A stretch of DNA of 64,000 nucleotides, from NCBI RefSeq assembly GCF_006345805.1, contig NC_043000.1, positions 130,696,001 through 130,760,000 on the forward strand, read 5' to 3'. Numbering within the stretch: the stretch's first letter is position 1; every line of letters starts with the position of its first letter. Positions 1 to 12,199 of the stretch are shown piece after piece. The notes under the pieces were generated by a model, which worked only from the letters and a program-made list of their open reading frames with translations, ran no database searches and had not been told where the DNA came from. The DNA is from Octopus sinensis. Its lineage: Eukaryota. Made by a program: the position numbers and the translations under genes.

Positions 1-260
1 AAGATAGAATTAAACAGAGAATTAATAGAGTGAGTTGCATTCACCCATTTTGAAAGTTGATTAGAATCCTGCGGTGCACTCTCTCGTTCTCTATGTTGCT
101 CTCTTTCTCTCTCTCCCTCCCTTTCTCTCTTCTGTTCTCTGATTCTTTTACTCTTTTTCTTTCCCTTTTTCTCCCCACCACATTCTGTCTTTCTTTTTCT
201 CTTGCTTTCTGTCTGTTTTCCTCTCTCACACTTCTATTTCTCCCTCACTTTCTCTAATTA
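1..260. repeat. CT-rich low-complexity tract
   Basis: Degenerate (CT)n/(CTTT)n; explains the spurious ORFs 41..229 and 57..257. Confidence 0.8.
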
Positions 261-294
261 TCTCTACTTATTTCTTTTTTTCCTTATCGTTATG

Positions 295-445
295 TACTGG
301 CAAGATGGTTGTATCGTTAAGAAGTCCATGCTTCGCAATTACGAGATTTCAGATTCGATTCCAATGCGTGGCATCTTCACAACCTATCCTTTACTATTGC
401 CTCGGTCGAACCAACACTTGTGAGTAAAATCAGGCAAAGAGAAGC
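295..445 (+). mobile_element. Degenerate tRNA-derived SINE 5' half
   Basis: ggcaagatggtt...gattcgattcca-tgcgtggcatctt...cttgtgagt resembles the better-preserved copies at 19670 and 49240. Confidence 0.5.
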
Positions 446-995
446 TGTTTGGAACGAGTTAGATTGATTGCTCCCATAATACAAATCCTAACCTTCCCAC
501 TAATTGTGTTATGTTAGTAGCAACAGAGAATTACGTCTCAGGTATACTCAGTCGCTTTCTTTCATCGAACAAGAAGTTCATTTAGTGCAACAATAGAAAG
601 CTAATCGTTGAAACTGACGGAGCTTAATTTACTTTCTGTCTCTTACTTCAAACATTGCATCTTCTCTGAGGATGCAAAACGCTACGAACAAGTATTATTG
701 TTGTTGTTTAACCTCAGGCCAGCCCAATTTGGGGAAATCTATGATCAAAAGCATTCCAACTGAGACGTTCCTATCTTTTTAGCTGTGGCATGTAGAAATA
801 CTTTACATAATATTTCATTCTTTGTTGTTCTTCCTCTATTTAGCCTCAGGTCAGCTTTAAATCTAGAATACCTAATATCATAGATGTTCCATCTATAACC
901 ACCATCCCCCATATTGTCTTTTTCTGTATCAGTTTTTTGTATAGTCAATTGTGTGCTTCATTGATTAAGTTGGTAGTGTATGATTTGAAGATTTG

Positions 996-1553
996 TATTG
1001 GGTTGTCCCGAAAGTTGGTGCCGATATTTAAAGGAAAGAAAAAGGTCAATAAATACTTGCCATTACATTTTTAATCAACCAAATATGAACCATTTTGTTG
1101 CACAATCCGTCTCCCTCTTTCCTTTAACTTGAAAATACCCTCTTCCCAGAATTGAGGCGGTTTCATGGAAAAGAATTGATCAAGGTATCTTTTTACGTCA
1201 TCCAAGGTATTGAAATTTTTACCATTAAGACTATTCTGCAGAGACCTGAATAAGTGAGAATCCGAAGGAGCAATATCTGGTGAATATGGAGGGTGGGGTA
1301 ACACATCCCAGCGGAGTTGAAGCAATTTTTGTCTGGTTCCCAAAGCATCAAGTGCCGAAAATGAACTTTCTTATCTTCCATTTTAAAGAGATACAAAATT
1401 AACACAGGTTATAGGAACATAACCTTCTTCCACGAAAAGATAGCTCTAAATGGAGGTGTAGTCAAATTCTATTTTATGGACTCAACCATGTTCTAAAGTA
1501 AGTCAAAATGTAAGCTACTGTAAATCGACACGAACTTTCCGGACAACCCAATA
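996..1553 (-). mobile_element. Internally deleted mariner (DD34D) transposon
   Basis: TA flanks (996-997, 1552-1553); ~28-bp TIRs TTGGGTTGTCCCGAAAGTT / AACTTTCCGGACAACCCAA; N-terminus MEDKKVHFRHLMLWE joined out of frame to C-terminus TRQKLLQLRWDVLPHPPYSPDIAPSDSHLFRSL. Confidence 0.95.
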
Positions 1554-2520
1554 TAACCCCCACTTCTAAATTAATGTTTGTTTTTTTTTTTTTTTACTTT
1601 TTACTTGTGGTTACATTCTGATTAGAGTAACGTTATTCATGCAAATTACCGAGAAGAAACTTTATATTCTTAATAGTCACAACACCATTCATAAATTGTA
1701 CATTTTGTAAAACTGGTGTTAACATTCTTTTTCAGAATACTGACATTAAAACAAAGGGATTTGAAAATAAAAAAGTACAGATATAACATGAAGAGTATGC
1801 GCATAAATACAAAAAACAAGTTGTTCATGTTTATTGTGCTATTTATTTTATTTTTTCAGTTTGTATATAATCCTTTACATTGATACATCGGTGGATGTAT
1901 CGATATATCGATACACAGGTGGAAAGAGAAAGATATTCAAATGAGAACCGGATGGTAATATCCACTTAAATTGAAGACGTTGATAATCATAAGATAATCG
2001 CATGTATTGATGATGCGTTTTGATCGCATTGTGTCAACAGTATTTCTGTTGACCATGTGACCAGAAGATCAGAAAAGAACCAGAATGCCCTTCTATATGT
2101 AAAATGTAAATATATAAATGGAGTCTATATGCAGTGAGAATACTGTTTAATGGTTAAAGTTTCATTAGTTTTCAGTGTTGCGTAAAATTGCTCAGAATGA
2201 AGTTGAACCTAGTGGTGATTTTGTTTAATACGCAGACCATTTATCAGAGACAAGTAAGATATAAAATATCAACCATAGAAACTTGGGCTAAATGCTAGCC
2301 CAATAATTTATACCTGAATTCCTCACACTGGTTCCTATTTCGTGAATACTCCCGATGTTTCTCTCCTCAGAACTTGTTTTCGAACTTGAAGTCAAAGAAT
2401 GCGTAAGTGAATAAATGATACCTAAAATTTGGCGGAAGATTCCTTGAAATGAATATTACATTTGATTACAGTATAGTGATATGGTTATCTATTCATGCAC
2501 ATGACTATTTATTTATATAT

Positions 2521-2847
2521 GGCACAAGGCGCGTAGCTTAGTGGTTAGGGCATTCGGCTCACGATAGTAAGGTCGAAAGTTCAATTCCCATCGACGCGTT
2601 GAATCCTTGAGCAAGACACTTTATTTCACGTTGCTCCAGTCCACTCAGCTGGCAAAAATGAATGGCACCTGTATTTCAAAGGGGCCAGCCTTGTCACACT
2701 CTGTGTCACGCTGAATTTACCCCGAGAACTACGTTAAGGGTACACGTGTCTGTGGAGTGCTCAGCTACTTGCATGTTAATTTCACGAGCAGGCTGTTCTG
2801 TTGATCGTATCAGTTGGGTCCTTCGTCGTCGTAACCGACGGACTGCC
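2521..2847 (+). mobile_element. tRNA-derived SINE with RTE-like 3' tail (Ceph-SINE-like)
   Basis: A-box gtagcttagtgg, B-box-like aagttcaattcc, central tccttgagcaagacact...gttgctccagtccactcagctg, tail gtaaccgacggactgcc. Confidence 0.8.
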
Positions 2848-3084
2848 TCCTATAGCAGAAGCACGGGGTTATAGGTTTGTAAAGAAAGTGAAGTAGTACC
2901 TTCCGACGTTCATGTTTCCCTCATTGCCATAAGTGATCTTGGTTAAAAGACAAAACAGAAAACAACGAAAAATACACTTAATAACTTTAATGCAAAAACG
3001 ATTGCGAGTAAGAACAAAAGTCAATCCACGCCATTCAGAATTTACTGCAACAGTATCTCTAAACACGTGAAATATATATCTTAA

Positions 3085-3337
3085 CGGCGGGATGGCAGAA
3101 ACGAAGGTGGCGAGCTGGCAGAAACGTTAGCACGCCGGGCGAAATGCTTAGAGGTATTTCGTCTGCCGCTACGTTCTGAGTTCAAATTCCGCCGAGATCG
3201 ACTTTGCCTTTCATCCTTTCGGGGTCGATAAATTAAGTACCAGTTACGCAAGGGGGTTGGATGTAATCGACTTAATCCCTTTGTCTGTCTGTCTTTGTTT
3301 GTCCCCTCTGTGCCCCTTGTGGACAATAAAGAAATAA
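3085..3337 (+). mobile_element. tRNA-derived SINE (ggcgagctggcagaaacg family, Deu/Nin-domain-like)
   Basis: B-box gagttcaaattcc, core gcctttcatcctttcggggtcgataaattaagtacc, tail aataaagaaataa; further copies at 28.4, 47.5 and 59.6 kb. Confidence 0.85.
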
Positions 3338-4819
3338 AAAATATAGATTCATTGAAGTCAGCGATACCGGGGCACCTTTCTTATGAGATTATACCAAATT
3401 GTCTCAGAGAAGAGCTAGTGTTTATTCTTAAGTTCTAGAATTACTCTGAAATTCTCTGGTAAATGAGAAATCCTCTAAGATGGTACCTACAACATTTATT
3501 TTCTTGTTTGTTTAATGCAATGCCATAATGCAACCAATTCTAGCTAAGATTTCTTCGCAACAATTAAAGTATAAAATTTCATACATGATATTTCGTTACT
3601 ACCATTCATAGCTAAAATTTCTGCAAGTGGAAGATATTGATGCTGTTGATGAATATTTCCCACAGCAAAAATGACCTTACTGAAATGAAATTACTTAATT
3701 AGGGAATCAAAACATCTTTATGGATCTACCTCAACGGGAGAAATCTCAATTATACATCATTCATTCCCAGCAACTGAATTAAGCGAAAAACTGACGCTTT
3801 TAGATGATAACACGTATTTCTTCGGCAGACGAAAATATTTCCTGCGATTTGATAATATTCGATTTGAAAAGGAAACATTTGTAATATCTAATAGTCTAAT
3901 TTCAAATCAGTGCTTCAGTGTTTTCTTTCCCTTTCTTCCTTCCGTACATTTTCTTTTATTCTAATATCATTTATCAAATGTATGATACATTATATTCTTC
4001 TTAGGGCTCTGTTATCGCTATGATGTTTATCCATCAATATCTTATATGTATGAAGTCGTACATGTATCTATTGAACGTGTTCCATCATCTTTAAACGTGA
4101 ATACATTATATATGAGATTAAAGGAGATTTTGAAATCCGAGCTGTTTCCTAGGTCAGAACTCCGGCAAATACCAGCTACAAGAGTACATATCAGTTGACA
4201 ATTGTCCTTAAAGGAAACCATTCCATACAAAGTAAAATTCTAGAGATAATATATATATCACTGGTTTTATAAATTAAGCCCAAAGATGTAAAGAGAAAAC
4301 GAGAGAGAGAGAGGTAAAAACGCACACACACGCGTACACACACACATACACATACATATATGCATACATACAAACGTACAAATATGGAGTGGTGTCCCGT
4401 CTGGAGAGGTAAATATATATATATATATATATATACATATATATATACTTACATACACGCATACTTACACTCACATGCTCTTGAAGAATTATTCACGATG
4501 ATTATGATCACATTAATTAATAAACTACTGATTTTTTTGTTACTTAACCGAGAGGCAAAATGATATCGTCCAGAGGGAAACAATAATTAATTTATATATT
4601 CATTAACTTCTCAACCCGTAAGGATTTATCATTCTCATACCTATGCTATGTTTTAAAGATGACTTGGGATTTAAGGAATGTATGCTGTTTGGCTCCGGAG
4701 TACTACCATATTCATATCAATACGTACATACTTAAACACACACACACACACACATATGTATATATATGTGTGTCTGTGTGTATGTTTGTGCATGTGTATG
4801 TGCGTGTGTGTGTGTGTGT

Positions 4820-4876
<57 letters not shown>

Positions 4877-5092
4877 TGGGGGGGGGGGGGGGTGATATCG
4901 AACCCTGACAAGGAAAGGTGAATTAAATGAAACTCTGTTTTGGTTTTCTACTCCAGAAACAAAAAAAAACATTCATTAATTATATAAACATTAATTTTAG
5001 TAGCCTTCGTCTCTCTATCTCTTTCTCTCACTCCTCTCGATTTCTGTCTCCAGCTCTCTGTCTGTCTGTCTGCCTGTCTGTCACTCTCTTTA

Positions 5093-5125
<33 letters not shown>

Positions 5126-6212
5126 CTATCAATCTATCTATCTATCTCCCTCTTTCTCCCTCTTTCTCTCTAATCGTTATCATCCATTAACTCTCTAGCT
5201 GCACTTTCCCTACTGTTTCTTCTATTATTACAATTACAAATGCATATATTCTCTGAATATGATCCTCATGGTTTTTATGAGCAAACGATCCAAAGTATTG
5301 TGGTTGTTGTTGTATGTAAATCAAAGTCAAACTTGAGCTCGCGGTCATATAGTATAATAATTCCAGCCGGGACTACCTTATCATTTTATCATTACAACAA
5401 AAAAGTAATACAAATACTTCTGTAGTTTGAAAAACGAAAACACCAAATAGGGAAACTCATTCGTGATTCTTTGATATTCTGTCACAATTTTAACAATCCA
5501 ATATATATATATATAAACATGAAGGACTAAATGTCATGACATCACCTCCATTCTTGAAATTAAAGTATATTAAACCTCGATAAAGTATCCTTAGATTTTC
5601 AGTTTGTATGCCTTTGAGGAAAACTGTCCACTTTTCAGCACTCAATTACCTGATACCCGCAGGATTATTGACTGATGGAACAGAATACAGATCCTAATAT
5701 GAAATTACATAAACGACAAAAGTAACTGGAAATTTTGCGATGAACTTCACTAGCTTACATCTGTTTCTGCTATAAGGTATGATGCAGCACCTTATAGCTT
5801 TCTCAAAACTTTAAAAATGGAAAGCATTTATATATATATGCAAAAGTTCACTTTCGAAAATATTTGTTTTTGGATACTTAACTTTCAGTATAGATTTGTG
5901 TGTAGAACCCCTATATGAACAGCTAAATACAAGCATACTTAAAGCACGAACAGAATATTATGCTAATACTGACCCTAAAACAAAATGCAGACACAATAAC
6001 AGGCAGGAGAGACTGTGAGAGAGTCAAGAATCTATTAGTTTCTGCATCTATTTCTTTATGGCTGTGTTCTTATGGTCAGTATTAAGAGAGAAATGTGACT
6101 GTTATGAATGCATAAGTATTGTTATTTACGTACGGGTTCATCTGTCATTTTCGTAAACACATACACACACACATACACACATACTCACACACACACGCAC
6201 ACACAAACATTT

Positions 6213-6262
<50 letters not shown>

Positions 6263-6263
6263 C

Positions 6264-6299
<36 letters not shown>

Positions 6300-6301
<2 letters not shown>

Positions 6302-6780
6302 ATATAATATTTATAAACAAACCAGAAGACTTTGTAAGTTACGGAAAGAAAGCGACTATGGAAGTCTATTAGTACAATAATAACAATGATAATATATCAT
6401 AATAATAATATATTCTCCGATTTAAAGCGAGATTTTTCAGTCAGTTTATATATAAATGTCGCTTTAAATGGGAGAATATATTATCATTTTGATATATTAT
6501 CATATTTATTATTGTACTAATAATCTTCCATAGTCGCTTTCTCTCCGTAACTTACAAAGCCTTCCGTTTTGTTTATAAATATTATATGTAAGGATTAGAT
6601 AGTTTAAGTATATATACGTAAAGTTTGGCTGAAATTGGTAGGTGAGCGTTCGGCTCAACGGGCGCGTATGTAGCCATGTAAGCGTTGATATGTGAGTTCG
6701 ATTCTGTCTAGGAATAGCTCATCATTCTTCAGTCAATTTGTTGATATATAAATGCCCCTTTAAATCGGAGAATATATATG
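6300..6780 (-). mobile_element. TA/ATT-flanked fold-back element with ~290-bp partial tandem unit and degenerate HHR core
   Basis: Inverted arms ~6300-6427 / ~6449-6590; segment tcagtca...tttaaat(c/g)ggagaatata recurs at ~6440 and ~6730; CTGAAGA on the minus strand at ~6727-6733. Confidence 0.6.
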
Positions 6781-6856
6781 ATCACAATTATTATTATTAT
6801 TATATTATTATTATTATTACTATTATTATTATTATTATTTATTATTATTATTATTA

Positions 6857-6893
<37 letters not shown>

Positions 6894-6906
6894 TATTATT
6901 ATTATT

Positions 6907-7464
6907 GAGTGAGAGAGCAGTTCATGCCATCAAAGTGACACTGGGGTAAAATATACGAAGCCCAACATACCCATCATGACTACCCGTCTGATAAGGGTAC
7001 ACCAGGCACATGCATCACAACCATATGTGCGCGACATGGTGATCTCATATCAAGATAAACAGCACATGACCTTGCAGGTGGGGCCCAGTTAGAATTTTCT
7101 TCAGGTTGAGTAGCCCATCCCGCTCAAACGGTCCCTGAATAAGGGTTGTTTAAGGATGTTGAAAAAACCACCCATGTTTTCAGAGGTGAATTATTCAAAC
7201 CCCAAAGAATCCCTCTCAACACATGGCTATGATGCTCCCCTACTACTTCTGCTCGTGATCAGATATGCACATATCGTCAGCCACTAAGGGACATGCTCAA
7301 CTGGTTAAGGTCAAACAACTGACGAGCAAATCTGTGGTATTGAGCAGAATATTTGCTGTAGCCCATCTTTTATACCAAGACAAAACAAAGTACATGATAA
7401 CACTTCCAATCAGTTAAGATCAGAAGCCATGAGAGCCACTGCCTGGTACTGCATCAGGGCATTT
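6907..7464 (-). mobile_element. ~558-bp interspersed repeat embedded in (ATT)n, copy 1
   Basis: Both ends abut (ATT)n; same sequence at 7638-8195, diverged at 23413-23934, deleted form at 31660-31825. Orientation inferred from the (AAT)n tail. Confidence 0.85.
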
Positions 7465-7498
7465 ATAATTATTATTATTATTATCATTATTATTATCA

Positions 7499-7537
<39 letters not shown>

Positions 7538-7637
7538 CATTATTATTATTACTATTATTATATTATTATTATTATTATTATCATTATTATTATTATTATT
7601 TTATTATTATTATTATTATTTTATTATTATTATTATT

Positions 7638-8195
7638 GAGTGAGAGAGCAGTTCATGCCATCAAAGTGACACTGGGGTAAAATATACGAAGCCCAACATA
7701 CCCATCATGACTACCCGTCTGATAAGGGTACACCAGGCACATGCATCACAACCATATGTGCGCGACATGGTGATCTCATATCAAGATAAACAGCACATGA
7801 CCTTGCAGGTGGGGCCCAGTTAGAATTTTCTTCAGGTTGAGTAGCCCATCCCGCTCAAACGGTCCCTGAATAAGGGTTGTTTAAGGATGTTGAAAAAACC
7901 ACCCATGTTTTCAGAGGTGAATTATTCAAACCCCAAAGAATCCCTCTCAACACATGGCTATGATGCTCCCCTACTACTTCTGCTCGTGATCAGATATGCA
8001 CATATCGTCAGCCACTAAGGGACATGCTCAACTGGTTAAGGTCAAACAACTGACGAGCAAATCTGTGGTATTGAGCAGAATATTTGCTGTAGCCCATCTT
8101 TTATACCAAGACAAAACAAAGTACATGATAACACTTCCAATCAGTTAAGATCAGAAGCCATGAGAGCCACTGCCTGGTACTGCATCAGGGCATTT
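7638..8195 (-). mobile_element. ~558-bp interspersed repeat embedded in (ATT)n, copy 2
   Basis: No difference from 6907-7464 seen by eye; 731-bp period. Confidence 0.85.
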
Positions 8196-8244
8196 ATAAT
8201 TATTATTATTATTATCATTATTATTATCATTATTATTATTATTA

Positions 8245-8296
<52 letters not shown>

Positions 8297-8747
8297 ATGT
8301 GAGTGTAAAGGGATAAAGTAATCCAGGTGGGTACCGTGGTAGCTCTCTGCTAAATTCGTGTTTACGGCTAATGGCATCAAGTGGTACGAAGTGTCAATGC
8401 TCACTAAGTGTTAGCAATCTCGCTGTAATTCTTCCGATGGGTAACTCCAAGTTCGCTTTCGTGGATTATGGATATTATCAGGAGAGTAAATTTCCAACAA
8501 TTATAAAGAATACGCAGTGTGGTACCTCATCAGGATTTTTCTTTTAATTTTACTGTTGGTTGTACAGCATAATTATTTGGTAACAATGACCGACACGTGT
8601 TTCTACTGAACAGAATATATGCACATGCCACCCAGCATAATCTTCTGTGCACCTTCATGAATGAGGGTTCTCAGAAACACGTGTGCAGCACAAATACGTG
8701 CTAGGAGCTGTAACTATATGTTGTATGACCAACTGCAAGATTAATGT

Positions 8748-8802
<55 letters not shown>

Positions 8803-8828
8803 TGTGTGTGCGTGATGTGTGTGTGTGC

Positions 8829-8873
<45 letters not shown>

Positions 8874-8899
8874 TGTGTGTGCGTGATGTGTGTGTGTGC

Positions 8900-8942
<43 letters not shown>

Positions 8943-8965
8943 TAAGCAATAATTATAACTATAAT

Positions 8966-9350
8966 GAAGATGTCCCCTTCGGAGAGCTTGTCGCAGGGCG
9001 GAGGAACATTGGCCGCCCGAAGCTGAGGTACAGAGACGTGTGCAGGAGGGATATGGAGGCACTTGGCAACAACACCAATTGCTGGGAGATTTTCGCAGCC
9101 GACCGAACCAGCTGAAGAGGCACTCTTCACAAACTACTGCAGACCGGCGAAGAGAATTTGAGGGTGGCGGCAGCTGAAAACCGAGCCCGTAGAAAAGAAA
9201 TGACAGCCAACAGACCGGATTCAATGTATAGGTGCGATCTCGGCAAACGAGACTGCCACTTTCGCATCAGTCTCTACAACTGAAAAACTGAATAGAAAAC
9301 TCAACGGACGGATGACATCATCCATGGTCAGCCATGACCGACGGAAGCCC
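8966..9350 (+). mobile_element. RTE-clade LINE 3' end (5'-truncated)
   Basis: FGELVAGRRNIGRPKLRYRDVCRRDMEALG...WEIFAADRT, C-terminal zinc-finger remnant YRCDLGKRDCHFRISLYN, 3' UTR ccatggtcagccatgaccgacggaagcc. Confidence 0.9.
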
Positions 9351-9799
9351 TAAGGAATATGTAAATTGGTACATCCTCAACATTTATTTCCTTTTATTCA
9401 AAAATAGCATACAGCTTATTTCTATGGTTACGACGACCTACACTGCATAGAGTACGATCAATTGCATATGCAACCGGTCATTATTTTCTGTACAGGTTCA
9501 TTCAGGATCTTTTAACCAACTCGTGTGTGTGTGTGTGCGTGTGTATGTGTGCGTGCGTATGTGTGTGTGTGTCTGTGTGCGTGCGTGTGTGTGTGTGTGC
9601 GTGCTCGTGTATGCGGGCGCGAGCCTATCTCCGAGTGTATTGCAGTCTTATTAGGTAACACGTCATTTTCATGCTATGTGTGAGTGAGTTACTATGGTAT
9701 CTGGTAAATGCATTTCAGTACGATTGAATATCGGCGACTGTCTATGCAAATCCGTGTCTCAACGTGTATCCAAGGATAACTGCGGCAATAACGTTAGTA

Positions 9800-9900
9800 A
9801 CAACGACGACGACGACGATGATGATGATGATGATGATGACGATGACGACGACGATGACAACGATGACGACGATGACGACGACGACAACAACGAGGATGAT
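9800..9900. repeat. (GAC/GAT)n trinucleotide repeat
   Basis: Directly visible; source of the poly-D ORF 9694..10164. Confidence 0.9.
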
Positions 9901-10051
9901 TGTGATTATAACGATGTCAACATCTTATTTAATATTAATAAGTTAGCGAAGTATGTCAGCTGGGAAAGTGGAAATACAAGAAATATTGTGCTTTTTTTGT
10001 ACATTATATATGAAAAGGAAACCTTATTAATATATTTACTTACTTGTCTAC

Positions 10052-10124
<73 letters not shown>

Positions 10125-10216
10125 CGTATTATATATATATATATATATATCGAATTTTCAGTAAACATAACTCGAAGCTGGTATAACTGTTTGACGCTCG
10201 GGAGAAATATTACATT

Positions 10217-10252
10217 CTTTGACGTTTCGGGCTTATGTTCTTCAACAGAAAG
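10217..10252 (-). ncRNA. Degenerate minimal type I hammerhead-like motif (core CUGUUGA)
   Basis: Minus strand CTTT-CTGTTGA-A-GAAC ATAA GCCC-GAAA-CG-TC-AAAG; stem I 4 bp, stem II damaged, palindromic ACGT stem III. Confidence 0.5.
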
Positions 10253-10649
10253 GGTTGGGAGGAAAGAAATGGAGGGAAATAGGAGGGAGAGAATATGAGT
10301 AGGGCTTAACAGTACAACATGATGAAATGACCGGGAGAAACGGGCTGAGGGAAAGGGAAGTAATAACGGCGATCCGGCTTAACAAGGGTACGCAAGCGTA
10401 TGTACATATGTAAGAGTGGTTCCTATGAGCGTGTATGCGTGAAATGGGGCGAGCGCGTGTGAATGTATGTGTTGGCGATTCTTTAATTATGTGGACATGT
10501 GTATGCACCTATGGTAACGTGTGTGCATATGGGTGTGAGTAACATGCTGCGTGCATTCTGTAGAGTGATCTGCGTTTACTGTAACTATTTGTGTGTGTGT
10601 ATGTGTGTGTGAGCGCGCGTTTAGACATGAGTATATGTGTCTTATGCTG

Positions 10650-10870
10650 TATCTCTTATTATAAAAGGCAGATTTTATCTGCCTCCCTTTGTCAGTTATA
10701 GAAATCTACAATATAGGATTTCTTCAATTACAATTTACCTAGCATTTTTAAGAGTAGAATGCATCGAGTCATGCCAGGTCCAGTTTTTAAAATTTAAACT
10801 CCAATTAAGCAAAATTTACAGAAAACTCACATTCTGGTGTGTATGTCAAATGCTTTTCTTAATGTGGTTT
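10650..10870 (+). mobile_element. Possible Helitron/Helentron 5' fragment
   Basis: Starts a|TCTCTTATTATAAAAGGCAG, similar to the 5' end of the Helitron at 12200; no 3' hairpin found. Confidence 0.35.
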
Positions 10871-11129
10871 ACACCACACGCACACGCACACACACAGTGT
10901 GCAATGAATAAACTGAATCTAATTCACTGTGTGTGTGTTGACAGGTAGACAATAGAATGCGACGGCGATGGCGATGTAATATTTGTTTCTGTCTATGACG
11001 CTGATAGATACATGAGTAAAATGTATGGGAAGCTAAGAGATAAGAGTGAGTGAAAATGTTCTTGGAAGAGAGTAAATAGCAAGAGAGTGATTTGAGGAAG
11101 ACTTTACATTAAATAACCGTAGTGGCTTG

Positions 11130-11160
<31 letters not shown>

Positions 11161-11161
<1 letters not shown>

Positions 11162-11415
11162 CATAAGACAGTAAGGTGTGATTTGAGGGAGATTTGGCTG
11201 CTATTTCTGCCATGTAGGGGTCTCCCTCATAGGGTCATACATACATATATACATAGATAAGACAGTAAGGTGTGATTTTGGGGAAATTTGGCTGCTATTT
11301 CTACCAGGTCTAGCTACCATGTAGAGGTCCCCCTCATTGGCTCATATATATATACATACATAAGACAGTAAGGTGTGATTTGAGGGAGATTTGGCTGCTG
11401 TTTCTACCAGGTCTG
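11161..11415 (+). repeat. Three tandem ~95-105-bp units
   Basis: ataagacagtaaggtgtgatttgagggagatttggctgctatttct recurs at ~11163, 11257 and 11360, separated by short TA/CA spacers. Confidence 0.85.
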
Positions 11416-11479
11416 TTAGGCCTTCTCATGTAAACTCAAGCTTTCTCATGCCTTGAACATAAGACCAAAGCAGAGAATG

Positions 11480-11692
11480 TATTCTTTTATTCTTCTGCTT
11501 TTTCCAGCCATTGGTCTGTGGTCATGCTGGGGCAATGCCTTGAAGAATTGTAGTTTAATGAATCAACTCCAGTTTTATTTTTGTAAGCATTGTACTTATT
11601 CTATCTGTTTCCTTTGTCAAACCACTAGGTGACAGGGATGTAAACAAACCAACATTCGTTGTCAAGCAGTGGTGGAGGACAAGCACAGACAC
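11480..11692 (-). mobile_element. SINE 3' half (family of 19670/49240), diverged
   Basis: Reverse complement of cttgacaac...gatagaataagtac...cagcatg(g/a)cc...tga(c/a)tg tail. Confidence 0.65.
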
Positions 11693-11730
11693 GCACACAC
11701 ACACACATACATGGATACACATATACACAC

Positions 11731-11774
<44 letters not shown>

Positions 11775-11783
11775 ATATATATT

Positions 11784-12105
11784 TTGCAGCGTGGAAGGTG
11801 TTTGTAAGCCATTTAAGAAACACACAAAAACCGTTAGATTCACTTCAACATTTAAATTTAATTTGCCAAAATATTTTCCTCGCTTTGAGACCGCGACCTG
11901 TTCACTGACAAAAATATCGTGCTAACAGGTCAAGGTCTCAAAGCGACGAAAATATTTTGACAAATTAAATTTAAATGTTGAAGTGAATCTAACGGTTTTT
12001 GTGTGTTTCTTAAATGGCTTATAAACACCTTCAATGCTGCAACTGTTTTCGTTCCAGCACACGATCTCAGATCAAGTCACTTGCTATGCAAGTACATCTC
12101 TGTAA
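11784..12105. mobile_element. TA-flanked fold-back element (arms ~11784-11905 / ~11919-12042)
   Basis: ~122-bp inverted repeat with scattered substitutions and a 13-nt loop; (TA)n on both sides. Confidence 0.85.
11862..11912 (-). ncRNA. Type I hammerhead-like motif with variant core GUGAACA (G3:C8)
   Basis: Minus strand TTTGTCA-GTGAACA-G-GTCGC GGTCTCAAA GCGAG-GAAA-ATAT-TT-TGGCAAA; 7-bp stem I, stem II 4 bp (5 bp using GCGAC from the right arm), palindromic AATATT stem III. Confidence 0.6.
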
Positions 12106-12199
12106 CTATATATATATTTATATATATATATGTATATTGGTAAAACAGTAAGATAACAAAAGAAAGAAAGAGACCTCAATATTATGTAAATAGAGGAAA

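Noticed and set aside
8130-8195. Hairpin at the inferred 5' end of the 558-bp repeat as an HDV-like ribozyme
   Set aside because: Only a single hairpin could be formed; the nested double pseudoknot was not found by eye.
8755-8945. Duplicated interruption pattern within (GT)n; similar block duplications at ~6240-6310 and ~17010-17275
   Set aside because: Ordinary slippage or unequal exchange, or an assembly effect.
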